Source: a bacterium
Lineage (GTDB): Bacteria; Hinthialibacterota; Hinthialibacteria; Hinthialibacterales; Hinthialibacteraceae
Reading direction: 5' to 3'
Length of the DNA: 64,000 nt
NCBI GenBank assembly: GCA_963663405.2
Contig: CAXXSM010000070.1
Location: 32,001-96,000 of the forward strand
Part shown: positions 11,201 to 20,471 of the stretch, piece by piece
How the letters are laid out: every line of letters begins with the position of its first letter
How positions within the stretch are numbered: the first letter of the stretch is position 1
Made by a program: the position numbers and the translations under genes
Notes under the pieces: generated by a model
Database searches by the model: none
What the model was told of the DNA's origin: nothing
Seen by the model: the letters and a program-made list of their open reading frames with translations, nothing else

Positions 11201-13065
11201 ATGTGATTGCGATCCAGCTGATCAATCAGTACATTGATCAAAGTTCGGATTGTTTTATCGATCTTCGATTGGTGAGTGAGACGGGGGATTCGCAGGAGAC
11301 ACCTTCGGATGAATCGTTTCGGCTGTTTACGGAACCGGGTAAATACGAAATCATCGCGGCGTGGGAATCGGATGAACTCGCCACTTTTGAATCCAGTATT
11401 ACGATTCCCGCGAGCGCTGTCACCGTGGGCCGTACGTACCGTGTGCGCGCGCGGATGAAGGATACCAGCGGCCGGTGGAGTCATTGGTCGGCGCCCGCCC
11501 AGTTTATCGCGCAAGAATCGGCTAACAGTCTCGCCTTGTTGGATTTTTTACGAATCACAGAAGTGATGTATAATCCTGCCGGCGATTCAGAGTTTGAATA
11601 TATAGAATTGCATAATACCCACTCTTCGCAAATGCTCTCCCTGGGGGGATTGTCGTTTACGGAAGGGATTACCTATACGTTTCCAGAAGGCGTGGAACTA
11701 TCACCTGGAGGATATTTGTTGGTTGTCAGCGCCGGGACGGCAAGTGAGCGAGCCGCGTTTCGCGCGCATTACGGCCTCAGTGAGGAGGTAATGTTAATTG
11801 GACCGTATTCGGGCAAGCTTGCAAACGGGGGAGAGCGTCTTACTTTACGGCGGAGCGCGGAAGGGCCGGAGATCGTCCAATTTTCATTCAGTGATGGCCG
11901 GGGGTGGCCGCTTGCGTCTGATGGGGCGGGGCATTCTCTGGCGCCGTTGGATACCGCCATCGCTGGAGAGCGGGACGGTTCGCTTGAATATGGAGGAAAT
12001 TGGCGGGCCAGCGCTGTCATTGGAGGCTCGCCTGGACGATCCAACCCGGTTCCGATTCAGAATGTTGTATTGAATGAATTTATGGCGAATACGAGTGGAG
12101 AGGGAAGGGAATCGAACGATTGGATTGAACTGTTTAACCTGGCTTCTACGAGTGTTCACCTGGGGGATTGGTATATCAGCGATGATCCGAATGAACTTAG
12201 AAAGTGGAATCTTCCTGCGATGGATATCGAGGGATTGGGGCGCGTCAGTTTTGATGAGAACGCCGGTTTTAACAATCCTCCAGGCAGCGGATTCGGTTTA
12301 AGCAGGGAAGGGGAAGTCTTACTGCTTTCCTACCTGCCGGGTGTGGCGGGTGTGGACCGGGTTGTTGACGCGGTCCGGTTTAAAGCGCAGGAAGCGGATT
12401 TATCGCTAGGCCGGGATGGAGATGGGGGGGATTATTGGCGGGCGATGGCGCCTTCACGCGGCGCAACCAATCATACGGGCGCGGCGGTTGTGGTTATCGA
12501 TGAATTGATGTATCACCCTCTTTCGATCGATCACGAATCGGATGATGATTCCATTGGGGAATACATTGAGTTATATAATCCTACGGCCCAACCGGCCGCA
12601 CTCTGGAATGAGAACGGGCCGTGGCGGTTGGATGGTGGAGTGGAGTATCTCTTTCCGGAAGGAGTCATGATTCCAGTGGAAGGGTGTTTGTTGATTGTGA
12701 ATTTCGATCCAACTGATTCCAACGCTCTTACCGCGTTTTTAACCGCGTATCCTCTTGTTCCAGCGGATGCGCCGCTTTTGGGGCCGTATGCGGGAAGATT
12801 ATCCAACCAAGGGGAACGGATCGCTTTGGAAAAACCGTTATTTGTAGATTTCGCCAGCGGTCAGATTGCGTGGGCCATTGTGGATGAGGTGATCTATTTT
12901 CATCAAGCGCCGTGGCCGGTTGAACCGGATGGGGCGGGACAATCATTGCAGCGAATCAACGGATTGAAATCCGGGAATAATCCAAAGGAGTGGACCGCGG
13001 ATGATCCTAGCCCAGGGCAAGCCGGGACGCCAGACACTTCTGTCAATTCATGGATGGTTTATTAA
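8293..13065 (+). CDS. Large secreted lamin-tail-domain / CotH kinase family protein
   Basis: Signal peptide; repeated LTD starts (VMINEIHY, RITEVMY, VVLNEFMA, VVIDELMY); CotH motifs (GLYLATEQIDG, KNYYYH, PWDIDLTW). Confidence 0.9.
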   Translation: MMRIQFFQADLRMGLFVFSSYLLWIIGLAALVVNPVWGQVMINEIHYDPDRATDLVEFVELYNAGEEDVDLSGWSIGDAIAFTFPDSTVLAAGSYLVVAMDRAALISKYTVSSSFVVGPFEGRLDNDGENVELRDGSGSLVDQVDYSLGFPWPTVGEPISENQPGTGFSIQLINPDLDNDLGGSWRSASPTPGTVNSVFVENAPPLIRQVLHTPEEPVSGETVFITAKITDSDGVDRVQLLYQLVDPGDYIHITDGRYQTDWTEIEMRDDGIEGDEIAGDAVYTVALPPSFQVHRRLVRYRITMSDTAGLELTVPYADDPQPNFAYFVYDGVPDWIGAVRPGVTAEETYPSEMLSSLPVYHLITSKEEAENCTWLDQFSHNEYVYTGTIVYGSQVLDHVFFRARGGTWRFAMGKNMWKFNFNRGHTLQARDIYGNKYSVEWDKLNLGACIQQGDYLHRGEQGMFEAVGFRLFNLAGVEAPNTHYIHFRIIDEAHEDGRLNVSHSPLTDSGTQYDGDFWGLYLATEQIDGRFLEEHGMADGNLYKMENGTGELKNQAPTGVSDKSDLNAFMRGYSSRPDEQWWRENVDLKQYYPYRAILEAIHHYDNGYGKNYYYHLDPETQIWTQLPWDIDLTWADNMFGNGNEPFNDAGLLRIEALGIEYQNRLREIRDLLYNPDQTGQLIDEYASLIYTPGELSFVDADRAMWDYHWVMSDEANWAGYKNRYGKSGQGRFYQIAATKDFPGMMKIMKDYVVSRGEWIDTRLIRDSQIPDTPVVTAGSSNDYSLDSLVFETSPFSDPQGADTFAALQWRIAEVEPDAQSWEAPVEEEGDVLILDASTWKYFKGTEEPSNPVSAWRELSFDDSNWMEGQTPIGYGEDFMITQLDDMRYNYSTVYLRKEFEITDLDSIGSLTLQVLFDDGFNLWINGRHVAQANVNEAELPFDAVATHREDLTFADFPLSNPKTYLVEGTNVIAIQLINQYIDQSSDCFIDLRLVSETGDSQETPSDESFRLFTEPGKYEIIAAWESDELATFESSITIPASAVTVGRTYRVRARMKDTSGRWSHWSAPAQFIAQESANSLALLDFLRITEVMYNPAGDSEFEYIELHNTHSSQMLSLGGLSFTEGITYTFPEGVELSPGGYLLVVSAGTASERAAFRAHYGLSEEVMLIGPYSGKLANGGERLTLRRSAEGPEIVQFSFSDGRGWPLASDGAGHSLAPLDTAIAGERDGSLEYGGNWRASAVIGGSPGRSNPVPIQNVVLNEFMANTSGEGRESNDWIELFNLASTSVHLGDWYISDDPNELRKWNLPAMDIEGLGRVSFDENAGFNNPPGSGFGLSREGEVLLLSYLPGVAGVDRVVDAVRFKAQEADLSLGRDGDGGDYWRAMAPSRGATNHTGAAVVVIDELMYHPLSIDHESDDDSIGEYIELYNPTAQPAALWNENGPWRLDGGVEYLFPEGVMIPVEGCLLIVNFDPTDSNALTAFLTAYPLVPADAPLLGPYAGRLSNQGERIALEKPLFVDFASGQIAWAIVDEVIYFHQAPWPVEPDGAGQSLQRINGLKSGNNPKEWTADDPSPGQAGTPDTSVNSWMVY

Positions 13066-13079
13066 TATTTACAAAGTGA

Positions 13080-14558
13080 TCAGGAAGCGCTGATTTCGAG
13101 TATTTTTGGGGAGGGTTTCGCGAGATTAATTTCACGTTTAAGTTCGTGGACCTGATCACTCATGGGATCGATGATGGAGTCTTCGATCGCGTTCAATTCG
13201 ATTTCGATTTCATCAAGGTACGCAAGGGAGATATCGTCTAATGATTGGGATAATTTGTCTAAAATCGATTCCCCTTGCCGGCGGAGACTGCGGAGTTTTT
13301 GAAGGCGTTGATCGATTATCGTTTTGAAGGGTTTTTCAAAGTGAAGGAATTCTCCCTTGCTTTGGTCCGCTTCGACACGATCGAGGACTTTACAATAGAT
13401 CTGGAATTGAATGAGCATGAGTTTAAGTTTTTCCGCCATAAAATCGAGACGCGCTTTGCGGCAATCGTTTAAGAGGGGATCGAGATCTTTGCTTTTCTGC
13501 CTTTGAAATTCAATAATCGCGGCGCTTTCCGCAATTTTGCGTTCGATGATCTCCTCAAGCGACGTGACGGCTTTTACAAGGTAATCGGCCCTCTTGCCAG
13601 CTTCATCTAAATCACTGCGAATGCGCCCCAAATCCTCACCCATCAGACCGCCTTTCGTGAGGTATTCCACCATGTCCTGACAGATTTGGATGCGGGAAGA
13701 GATATCGTTCGAGAGAGAATTTTCCCCCCGGATATTGCGTTGTCTACGCAGGATCTGCGCCGACTGTGTTCGTTTCAAAGCGGATTCAATGATCCAGAAC
13801 GTGCCGGGGATTTGATAGTACCGAATGTTGCATTTCTTGCAGGATTCTTCGATGCGAAGGCGGGTGGAAAGGGGCAGAGCGCTTTCGATTGTGAAAACTA
13901 ATTCAATTTTATAGATGCCTAAAAGGAGTTCAATATCATCAATGAGGTCAATCACCTTGGCGCCGGCGATCCGGCGCCCTCGCCGTTTGTTCGAGGTGTC
14001 CACCACGGCGACGAGTTTATAGGCTTTGCCGCTGAAACGGCCAAGACTTTGGATGGTGAAAATCGTGTCTTCATTGTATCCAACGATCAGAATCGGAATC
14101 GCGTTTGTCAGGTAATCTTTACGGAGCCTGAAATGAGACCAACCCAGGCGGGAGAGAAAAATCATTAGGGATAGAAAGAGAAAATCAACAATTACAACAA
14201 AGAGTAGAAAGAAAATTGTGTATTCTTCGCGCAACAGAAAGCAATATAAAATGAAGAGGGCGATGAGAATGAATAACGAACCGATACCGACGGATTTGAT
14301 GACTTCGACGACTTCATGATGCGGGTGGTGATCGTGTACATGGTTATACGATTTCCGGAGAATAAAAAGAGCGCCGCGGATGAAGCAGATCAGGATTAAT
14401 ATCTGATACTCCGGCACGGGAAAACCGGGAGGGAAGCCGGTTTTTTGAGCGGCGTGCAAGGCCAAAAAAGCAAGGGAAATCGAAAACGCGGAGAGCAAAA
14501 TTTGGACGATGAAAATGCCCGCATGCGATTTGTACGATTCATCAATTCTTTTGTTCAT
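13080..14558 (-). CDS. CapD/WcaJ N-terminal-like membrane and Rossmann (CoA-binding-like) protein with an unrecognised helical C-terminal domain
   Basis: About 4 TM segments, PILIVGYNE..YKLVAVVD..IAGAKV; paralogue of the C-terminal two-thirds of 14704..16731. Confidence 0.75.
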   Translation of the reverse strand: MNKRIDESYKSHAGIFIVQILLSAFSISLAFLALHAAQKTGFPPGFPVPEYQILILICFIRGALFILRKSYNHVHDHHPHHEVVEVIKSVGIGSLFILIALFILYCFLLREEYTIFFLLFVVIVDFLFLSLMIFLSRLGWSHFRLRKDYLTNAIPILIVGYNEDTIFTIQSLGRFSGKAYKLVAVVDTSNKRRGRRIAGAKVIDLIDDIELLLGIYKIELVFTIESALPLSTRLRIEESCKKCNIRYYQIPGTFWIIESALKRTQSAQILRRQRNIRGENSLSNDISSRIQICQDMVEYLTKGGLMGEDLGRIRSDLDEAGKRADYLVKAVTSLEEIIERKIAESAAIIEFQRQKSKDLDPLLNDCRKARLDFMAEKLKLMLIQFQIYCKVLDRVEADQSKGEFLHFEKPFKTIIDQRLQKLRSLRRQGESILDKLSQSLDDISLAYLDEIEIELNAIEDSIIDPMSDQVHELKREINLAKPSPKILEISAS

Positions 14559-14703
14559 TGTGTACTACATCCTTAATCCATCAGTCCATCTGGCCTGTAT
14601 CCATCCGTTCCAGCATTAAAAGAGAAATTGGAAGAGAACGGAGAGAATCGAGTGGATACAGCGCCTACGCGCTCGTTCTGTTTATTTCGGAGTCATCCAC
14701 TTT

Positions 14704-16731
14704 TTATACGTTGATGAGTTCCTGTTTGAGGTATTCTACGTATTCGCTCATGGGGGCGACGATTGATTCTTCAATCGAGAACAGTTCGTTTTCGATTTCA
14801 TGAATATACGAAAGGGATACATTGTCGAGAGGTTGAGACATTTTATCCATGACGGATTCCCCTTCGTTGCGTAAAACGAGCAGGGTTTGAAGATGTTCCT
14901 CGATTTTCGTTTTTCCGGATTTCTCCAGAAGCAAATATTTTCCCTGGTTGTAACCCCGATTAACGAGATCGATCACTTTGCTGTACAACTGGAATTGTGT
15001 ATGCATCAAGAAGAGTTTTTCGGCCATAAAATCACGCCGGGCTTCCCGGCATTTCGTTAAGATGGGTTCCAAGCGTTTCCGGCGGAGATGGTAGAATTCC
15101 ATTAGAGCGTCGTCTTCCTCAATTTTTTGATCAATGGCGGATTCAAGGGAAGAGACGGTCTTGACGAGATTGGTGGTCCGCTTGTCGGCGATTTCCAGTT
15201 TGTTATAAATCGACAGTAATTCTTCGTTTGATGTGATGTTCGCCGAGAGATATGCGATCAAGTTTTGACAAATACTGATCCGGGCCGCCACATCATTGGA
15301 GAGGGAATTCTCACCGCGGATATTGCGTTGCTTCAATTTATGTAATCTCTTGACCGATTGCATTCTCTTCAAGGCCGATTCAATGATCTGGAATGTGCTG
15401 GGGATCTGGTAGAAGAGAATGTTTAATTGTTGACAGACTTCACCGATTCGCAGCCGGGTAGACAAAGGCAAAGCGCTGTCGATCATGAAAACCAGTTCGA
15501 TTTGATTTTTTTTGAAGAGGTGTTCCAAATCATCAATCAATTCGATGACGGGGACACCCGCGATGTAATGGTCTTTCCGATGGTTGGATGTGTCAACGAC
15601 GGCGATTAATTTATACGCTTTCTTTTTGAAGCGCCGCAGGCTTTGAATTGTGAAAATGGTGTCTTCGTTGCAACCGACGATGAGAATGGGGATATCGTCG
15701 GTGCGGAAGTTTGTTTTTTGCCGGTAATAGTAGAGTAGCCAACGGGCGATGATAATGAAAAAGGACAGATAGACAGAATCAATAAAGGCGGCTAAGAGAA
15801 GAAAGGAAATGAGCTGGCGGTAACAAAGGCAAAACACAGTTAGATAACCGAGTGTACCGAGTCCCACCAAGCCTATTACTTTCCCAATTTCTTGATACGA
15901 GTGATAGTCATGGAGTTGACGCGGCGCTTTCGACAGAATAAACACGGCGCAACGAATCAAGCAGACGAAAAGAAGGAGGAGAATCAGTTGATGGATCTCC
16001 ACCGGTAAAGGGGGCGCCGGTTTCTGGATCGCGTAGAGAGTCAATAGGGCGAGAAAGAAGGAGAGGGCGGTAAGCGCTTCTTTGACGAAGAGATTGCGCA
16101 GATAAATCTTGTAGGATTGAAAGGTTAATTCAGTGGCCGAACCGAAAATCGCCACAAATGCGGCGTGGAACATGATTTTAATGTCTGTCCAAAAGTTGCG
16201 TTCCTTTGTGTACTGAATATCTACATCCAATTTTGTAGGAAGGATGAATTTAATGTAGTAGTTTTCGCTATTGACGCAATCCGGGGGAAACATCTCCGAT
16301 TCATTGCGGTGTTTGATCTGGTTTTTTCCCAACAGGCCGGGTTTGACGGAGAGGACGATCTCCCATTTTTTCGTGTAATACTGGGTGAATTTAGGCACTT
16401 CCGGGCGGGGGCCTACGAGACTCATATCACCCCGCAAGACGTTGATGATCTGGGGCAGTTCATCCAGTTTCGTGCGTTCCAGAAAACGGCCCACTTGGGT
16501 AAGCCGTGGATCGAACCGGCCGGTGAGCATGGGACCCTGTTTGGGAAGTCCTTCCATCATTTTGCGGAATTTCAACAGGGTGAACGGTTTCCCGCCTTTC
16601 CCAATCCGTTTTTGTTTATAAATAATAGGGCCCTTGCTTTCCAATCGTATGGCGACTGCGATTACCAGCGCCAGAGGACTGATCAGGATGATGAAAAGAA
16701 CAGCTATAAAAATTTCAAGGCTTCTAGGCAT
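14704..16731 (-). CDS. Phosphoglycosyl transferase (bacterial sugar transferase) fused to a CapD-N-like TM/Rossmann region and an unrecognised helical domain
   Basis: IRLESKGP..QKRIG..KFRKM..DPRLTQVGRFLERTKLDELPQIINVLRGDMSLVGPRP. Confidence 0.88.
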   Translation of the reverse strand: MPRSLEIFIAVLFIILISPLALVIAVAIRLESKGPIIYKQKRIGKGGKPFTLLKFRKMMEGLPKQGPMLTGRFDPRLTQVGRFLERTKLDELPQIINVLRGDMSLVGPRPEVPKFTQYYTKKWEIVLSVKPGLLGKNQIKHRNESEMFPPDCVNSENYYIKFILPTKLDVDIQYTKERNFWTDIKIMFHAAFVAIFGSATELTFQSYKIYLRNLFVKEALTALSFFLALLTLYAIQKPAPPLPVEIHQLILLLLFVCLIRCAVFILSKAPRQLHDYHSYQEIGKVIGLVGLGTLGYLTVFCLCYRQLISFLLLAAFIDSVYLSFFIIIARWLLYYYRQKTNFRTDDIPILIVGCNEDTIFTIQSLRRFKKKAYKLIAVVDTSNHRKDHYIAGVPVIELIDDLEHLFKKNQIELVFMIDSALPLSTRLRIGEVCQQLNILFYQIPSTFQIIESALKRMQSVKRLHKLKQRNIRGENSLSNDVAARISICQNLIAYLSANITSNEELLSIYNKLEIADKRTTNLVKTVSSLESAIDQKIEEDDALMEFYHLRRKRLEPILTKCREARRDFMAEKLFLMHTQFQLYSKVIDLVNRGYNQGKYLLLEKSGKTKIEEHLQTLLVLRNEGESVMDKMSQPLDNVSLSYIHEIENELFSIEESIVAPMSEYVEYLKQELINV

Positions 16732-16919
16732 AATGATTATGATTCTATAACAATGACCTTAAACTCGGTTATTTTGACTGGATGGAAACCTGTTACAAAA
16801 ATGAGTTGGTGCTGATTCAGCGCGACGGTGTTGTTGTATTTACATGATGTTTACCTTGATCCATTCGTGCTATCGAGAATATGCTGGATTGCCAAGTAAA
16901 AGGGATTATGTTCTCAAAA

Positions 16920-19145
16920 TCATGTCATTTCCGGAAGCGCGTTCTCCTGACTGGAAGCGCGCTCGTTCTGAACCGCGAAACCTTGATACGCCATCGCGGC
17001 GTTCATAATCACTGCAGAGACTTGTCCACCTGCGCGGGCGATATGATTCGCGGCTAAAAGCATCTCATCATTTGTTATTTTCCCACTGCGAACAACCATG
17101 AAAGTCGCATCCATCTTGCGAGAGAGGAGAGTGGGGCTTTGGGTTGAAAAGACCGGAGATGTATCGATGAAGATGTAATCAAATTCATTTTTCAGCGTTT
17201 GTAAAATATCATCAAACGTTTGCGAGTTGTAAAATTCGCTGGGCGGCTGATTCCTCACGCCGGCGGGGATATAGTACAAGCCCGGAATGTACGTTTCGGT
17301 TAAAAGGGAATCGAGCGCATGAGGATCTTGGATCACGTCTGTTAAACCGGGTTCGGAAGCGCGTTTAAAGAATTGGTGAAGTGAGGGTTGGTTTAGATCG
17401 CAGTCGAGGATCGCGGTTCTCTTGCCGGTCATCGCGACAGAAGCGGCCAACAAGGCGGTAATCAGGCTTTTGCCTTCTTGTCCGGATGCGCTGGTAAAAA
17501 GAGCGGTTTGCATGGGAGGAAGCGCGTCGGAATATAGGAACCGGGATCGGAGTGAAATAAAAGTTTCTCCAATAGGTGAGGAAGAAGAGAAATCGATATG
17601 TTCTTTTATAGACGCGATCTCTTTGGCTGAGAATAAAGGGATCGAACCGAGAACGGGCAGATCTGTAGTCTGATCAACTGGTGGTGTGGAACCGTTGATT
17701 CCGCCGGACACATATTCAATGAAAAGCGCAATAAGAACTACGATGGCGAAAGAGAACATTAAAAGCAGAGTGATCGTCCGGAACCAGTTTTGGTTTATTG
17801 GCCGAATCGGTGTTTCCGCGTAATCCATGATTTCAAAGGTTTGATTCGGCATTTCTTGCTGTGTTTTTAAAGTGCCTTTCGCGATTTGAAGGGATTTTAA
17901 AAGATTCGATTTTTCCTCAACGAGCTGATCCCAGGTTTGCTCGAGGTCTCGATGTTTATTCCATTGCGCTTTTTTTTCAAAATTGTCTTTTTTTAGTGTT
18001 TCCAATTGCTCCGATACATTCTTCAGATAGACAGCGGATTCCTCATAGGCCTGCTTCGCCTGTGCGACGATTTGGTCCGCTTCCTCGTGAATCGATTGTT
18101 CAACGGTCAGGAGTTCATTCTGCTTTTCGATGTAATCGGGATGATTCTCGAGGTATTTTTCTTTGATCCGGCTCCATTCCAAGAGGATTTCATTCCGGTT
18201 AATACTGAGCGTTTTGATCAGCGGTGAAGATAAGGCGTCTTCTTTCATATGGTTCTTGTCACCCACATGCCCTTCTTCGAAAAGGATTTCATAGCTGGAC
18301 TTCAGCTGGTTGTGGGTATTGTTTGCGGTGACGTATTCTTCCCATAGTTTCTGGTAACAATCTTCATAATCGGAGATCACCTTGTCTTTATCGAGGGAGG
18401 AATAGATCCCCATAGTATTATGTTCTTTTTGAAATGTGAGGAATTCCTTTTCCGCTTGCTCGATATCTTGATCAAGTTTTTTAATTTGTTCTTCTAAGCC
18501 GAGAATGACGTTGCCGGTGTATTGTGTAATTTTATTGGAACTGGAATTAATATAAAATTCCGCATGAGTATTGATGATTTTCGCCGCCAAATCCGGATCG
18601 CCAGCAGTAAATCGAATGGAAATGATTTGCGGGCTTTTCCGGCTGGGGATGACTTCCAATTTTTCTAAATAGATATTGGTTAACTGGGTCAAGCGTTCGT
18701 TGGGATTGGTTGGTTGATTTGACTGCTTGGGCAAGAAAGGTAGTAATCGTTTTAGGATTGATTGCGATTTAGAAAATTCAGGATATGTATCCAAGTGGAG
18801 TGTCGAGATTACTTCTTGCGCGAGTTTGCGGCTTTTCAGTAATTCTTCTTGTGCGCCGTAAAATTCCTGATTGAATACAACTACATCTGTATATCGTTCC
18901 TGTTCGTATGCTTTCTTACGTTCTTCAATTTTGAGAATCACTTCCGCTTGATATAGGGGCGAAATCCAGAGAGCGCCAAAAAATCCGGATACGGTTAATC
19001 CTATGAACAGTAAAAAAGAAAGGACTTTTCGTTTCCACAAAATACTATACAGCCATTTGAAATCAAAACCGATTGTTTCGGTTGACGCTGTGTTATAAGG
19101 TCCCGGATATCGCGCCGATCCAACTCCCGGTGATTCTGGGCTCAT
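16920..19145 (-). CDS. wzc: Wzc/GumC-like polysaccharide co-polymerase with BY-kinase-like domain
   Basis: Wzz-like N-terminus, coiled coil, second TM, Walker A SASGQEGKS, ILDCDL, IFIDTSP. Confidence 0.85.
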   Translation of the reverse strand: MSPESPGVGSARYPGPYNTASTETIGFDFKWLYSILWKRKVLSFLLFIGLTVSGFFGALWISPLYQAEVILKIEERKKAYEQERYTDVVVFNQEFYGAQEELLKSRKLAQEVISTLHLDTYPEFSKSQSILKRLLPFLPKQSNQPTNPNERLTQLTNIYLEKLEVIPSRKSPQIISIRFTAGDPDLAAKIINTHAEFYINSSSNKITQYTGNVILGLEEQIKKLDQDIEQAEKEFLTFQKEHNTMGIYSSLDKDKVISDYEDCYQKLWEEYVTANNTHNQLKSSYEILFEEGHVGDKNHMKEDALSSPLIKTLSINRNEILLEWSRIKEKYLENHPDYIEKQNELLTVEQSIHEEADQIVAQAKQAYEESAVYLKNVSEQLETLKKDNFEKKAQWNKHRDLEQTWDQLVEEKSNLLKSLQIAKGTLKTQQEMPNQTFEIMDYAETPIRPINQNWFRTITLLLMFSFAIVVLIALFIEYVSGGINGSTPPVDQTTDLPVLGSIPLFSAKEIASIKEHIDFSSSSPIGETFISLRSRFLYSDALPPMQTALFTSASGQEGKSLITALLAASVAMTGKRTAILDCDLNQPSLHQFFKRASEPGLTDVIQDPHALDSLLTETYIPGLYYIPAGVRNQPPSEFYNSQTFDDILQTLKNEFDYIFIDTSPVFSTQSPTLLSRKMDATFMVVRSGKITNDEMLLAANHIARAGGQVSAVIMNAAMAYQGFAVQNERASSQENALPEMT

Positions 19146-19277
19146 GTTTGATTAACCTTTCTTTTGTCATTCCTTGTTTATTGCAAGGACTCGATGTCGA
19201 ATTCAACGATCGTATTTGTGTTTCTTATATACGTGTATTCCGCTGTCTTGTCGTTCAAAAATCATCCACTCAGGGAA

Positions 19278-20471
19278 TTAGTTTGTCGTACGAATCCCGA
19301 CGGAAAAAGGACTTATTTTTTTAATCGTTAGTGGAATATTCAAGAATCCAGCGGATACATCAATGATGTCTCCAGGATAGACCTCTAGATTGTCTCCATG
19401 TTTTTTGATGGTGGTATATTTATAAATCGAACGCACAAGTGTTCCCGTTTCGTTCGGACGGTAGAGATAAATATCATTGCCGGCGTTAAACGATTTATCG
19501 CCAGCGGCGTGAATCGCTTCCAGCAGGGTCATTCCGGGCTTCCAGACGACAGGGCCGGGTTTGCCAACAATCCCCCCCACGAAGACCGTGCCGTCTTGGG
19601 TGAGATAAAGTGTGTCACCGGGTTTGACGATCGCGTTTCGAATCGAGAGATTGTTTTGAAATTGTTGATAGGTGAATGTAATGAGCTGTGGGGAAGCGCT
19701 TGCGACGTCATGACTCCAGAGGAAGGTGTTTCCCGCATCATTGTCGCGTCCACCGGCGATACCGAACGCGTCGGCGATCGTCATACGGCGCGTGATCGGC
19801 ACTCGGCCGGGTTCTCGCACGCCACCGAGTATGTAAAACTCTTCGGCGCGTGGGACCATAATCTGGTCGCCAGGGGCAAGCGTGATATTCGCATTCGCTG
19901 TTGTTTGCTTTTGGTCTGAATTCGTTTCCGTTTCTTCGATAAACAGTGGGCCATTATCCAGTTGTTCCCGATTGATGGAGTGAATTTCACCTGTTTTCCG
20001 TTGGACGTGAATAAACGGTCCAGCTTCAGTGGTTTTAATTCCTCCTTGCCAAGCCAAAACATCGCGCAGGCGTGTACCGGGATAGATCGGAACAACGCCT
20101 GGATTTAGCACAGCCCCATACAATGTGACTACGGCGCTTTTTTGTTCTTGGATTGTGATGGTGACGAATGGATCCCTCACAAAACGTTTTTCTTTCAGCA
20201 GTGTCTCAATATGCAGGGCTAATTCTTCCGCGGTTTTACCAGCCGCGTGAACATGTTTTAAGAGAGGATAAGAAATATCCCCCGATGCGGAAACACGAGT
20301 AGTGAGTGATAAATCGTCATCTTTGAAAACATCAATTCGTAAGAGGTCTCTGGGACCAATTACAGGATCTCCCATTTGTGTGTTGAAGGCGTATGCGTTT
20401 TGCCAAAGCGTCAGCGCGAAAAAAACGGCGCCAATTCGCATAATTTCATGTATGATATTTTGTCTCAGCAT
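19278..20471 (-). CDS. wza: Polysaccharide export protein (Poly_export plus SLBB domains)
   Basis: IGPRDLLRIDVF..RVSASGDISYPLL..AAGKT; repeated G(A/G)VxxPG SLBB motifs; signal peptide. Confidence 0.85.
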   Translation of the reverse strand: MLRQNIIHEIMRIGAVFFALTLWQNAYAFNTQMGDPVIGPRDLLRIDVFKDDDLSLTTRVSASGDISYPLLKHVHAAGKTAEELALHIETLLKEKRFVRDPFVTITIQEQKSAVVTLYGAVLNPGVVPIYPGTRLRDVLAWQGGIKTTEAGPFIHVQRKTGEIHSINREQLDNGPLFIEETETNSDQKQTTANANITLAPGDQIMVPRAEEFYILGGVREPGRVPITRRMTIADAFGIAGGRDNDAGNTFLWSHDVASASPQLITFTYQQFQNNLSIRNAIVKPGDTLYLTQDGTVFVGGIVGKPGPVVWKPGMTLLEAIHAAGDKSFNAGNDIYLYRPNETGTLVRSIYKYTTIKKHGDNLEVYPGDIIDVSAGFLNIPLTIKKISPFSVGIRTTN

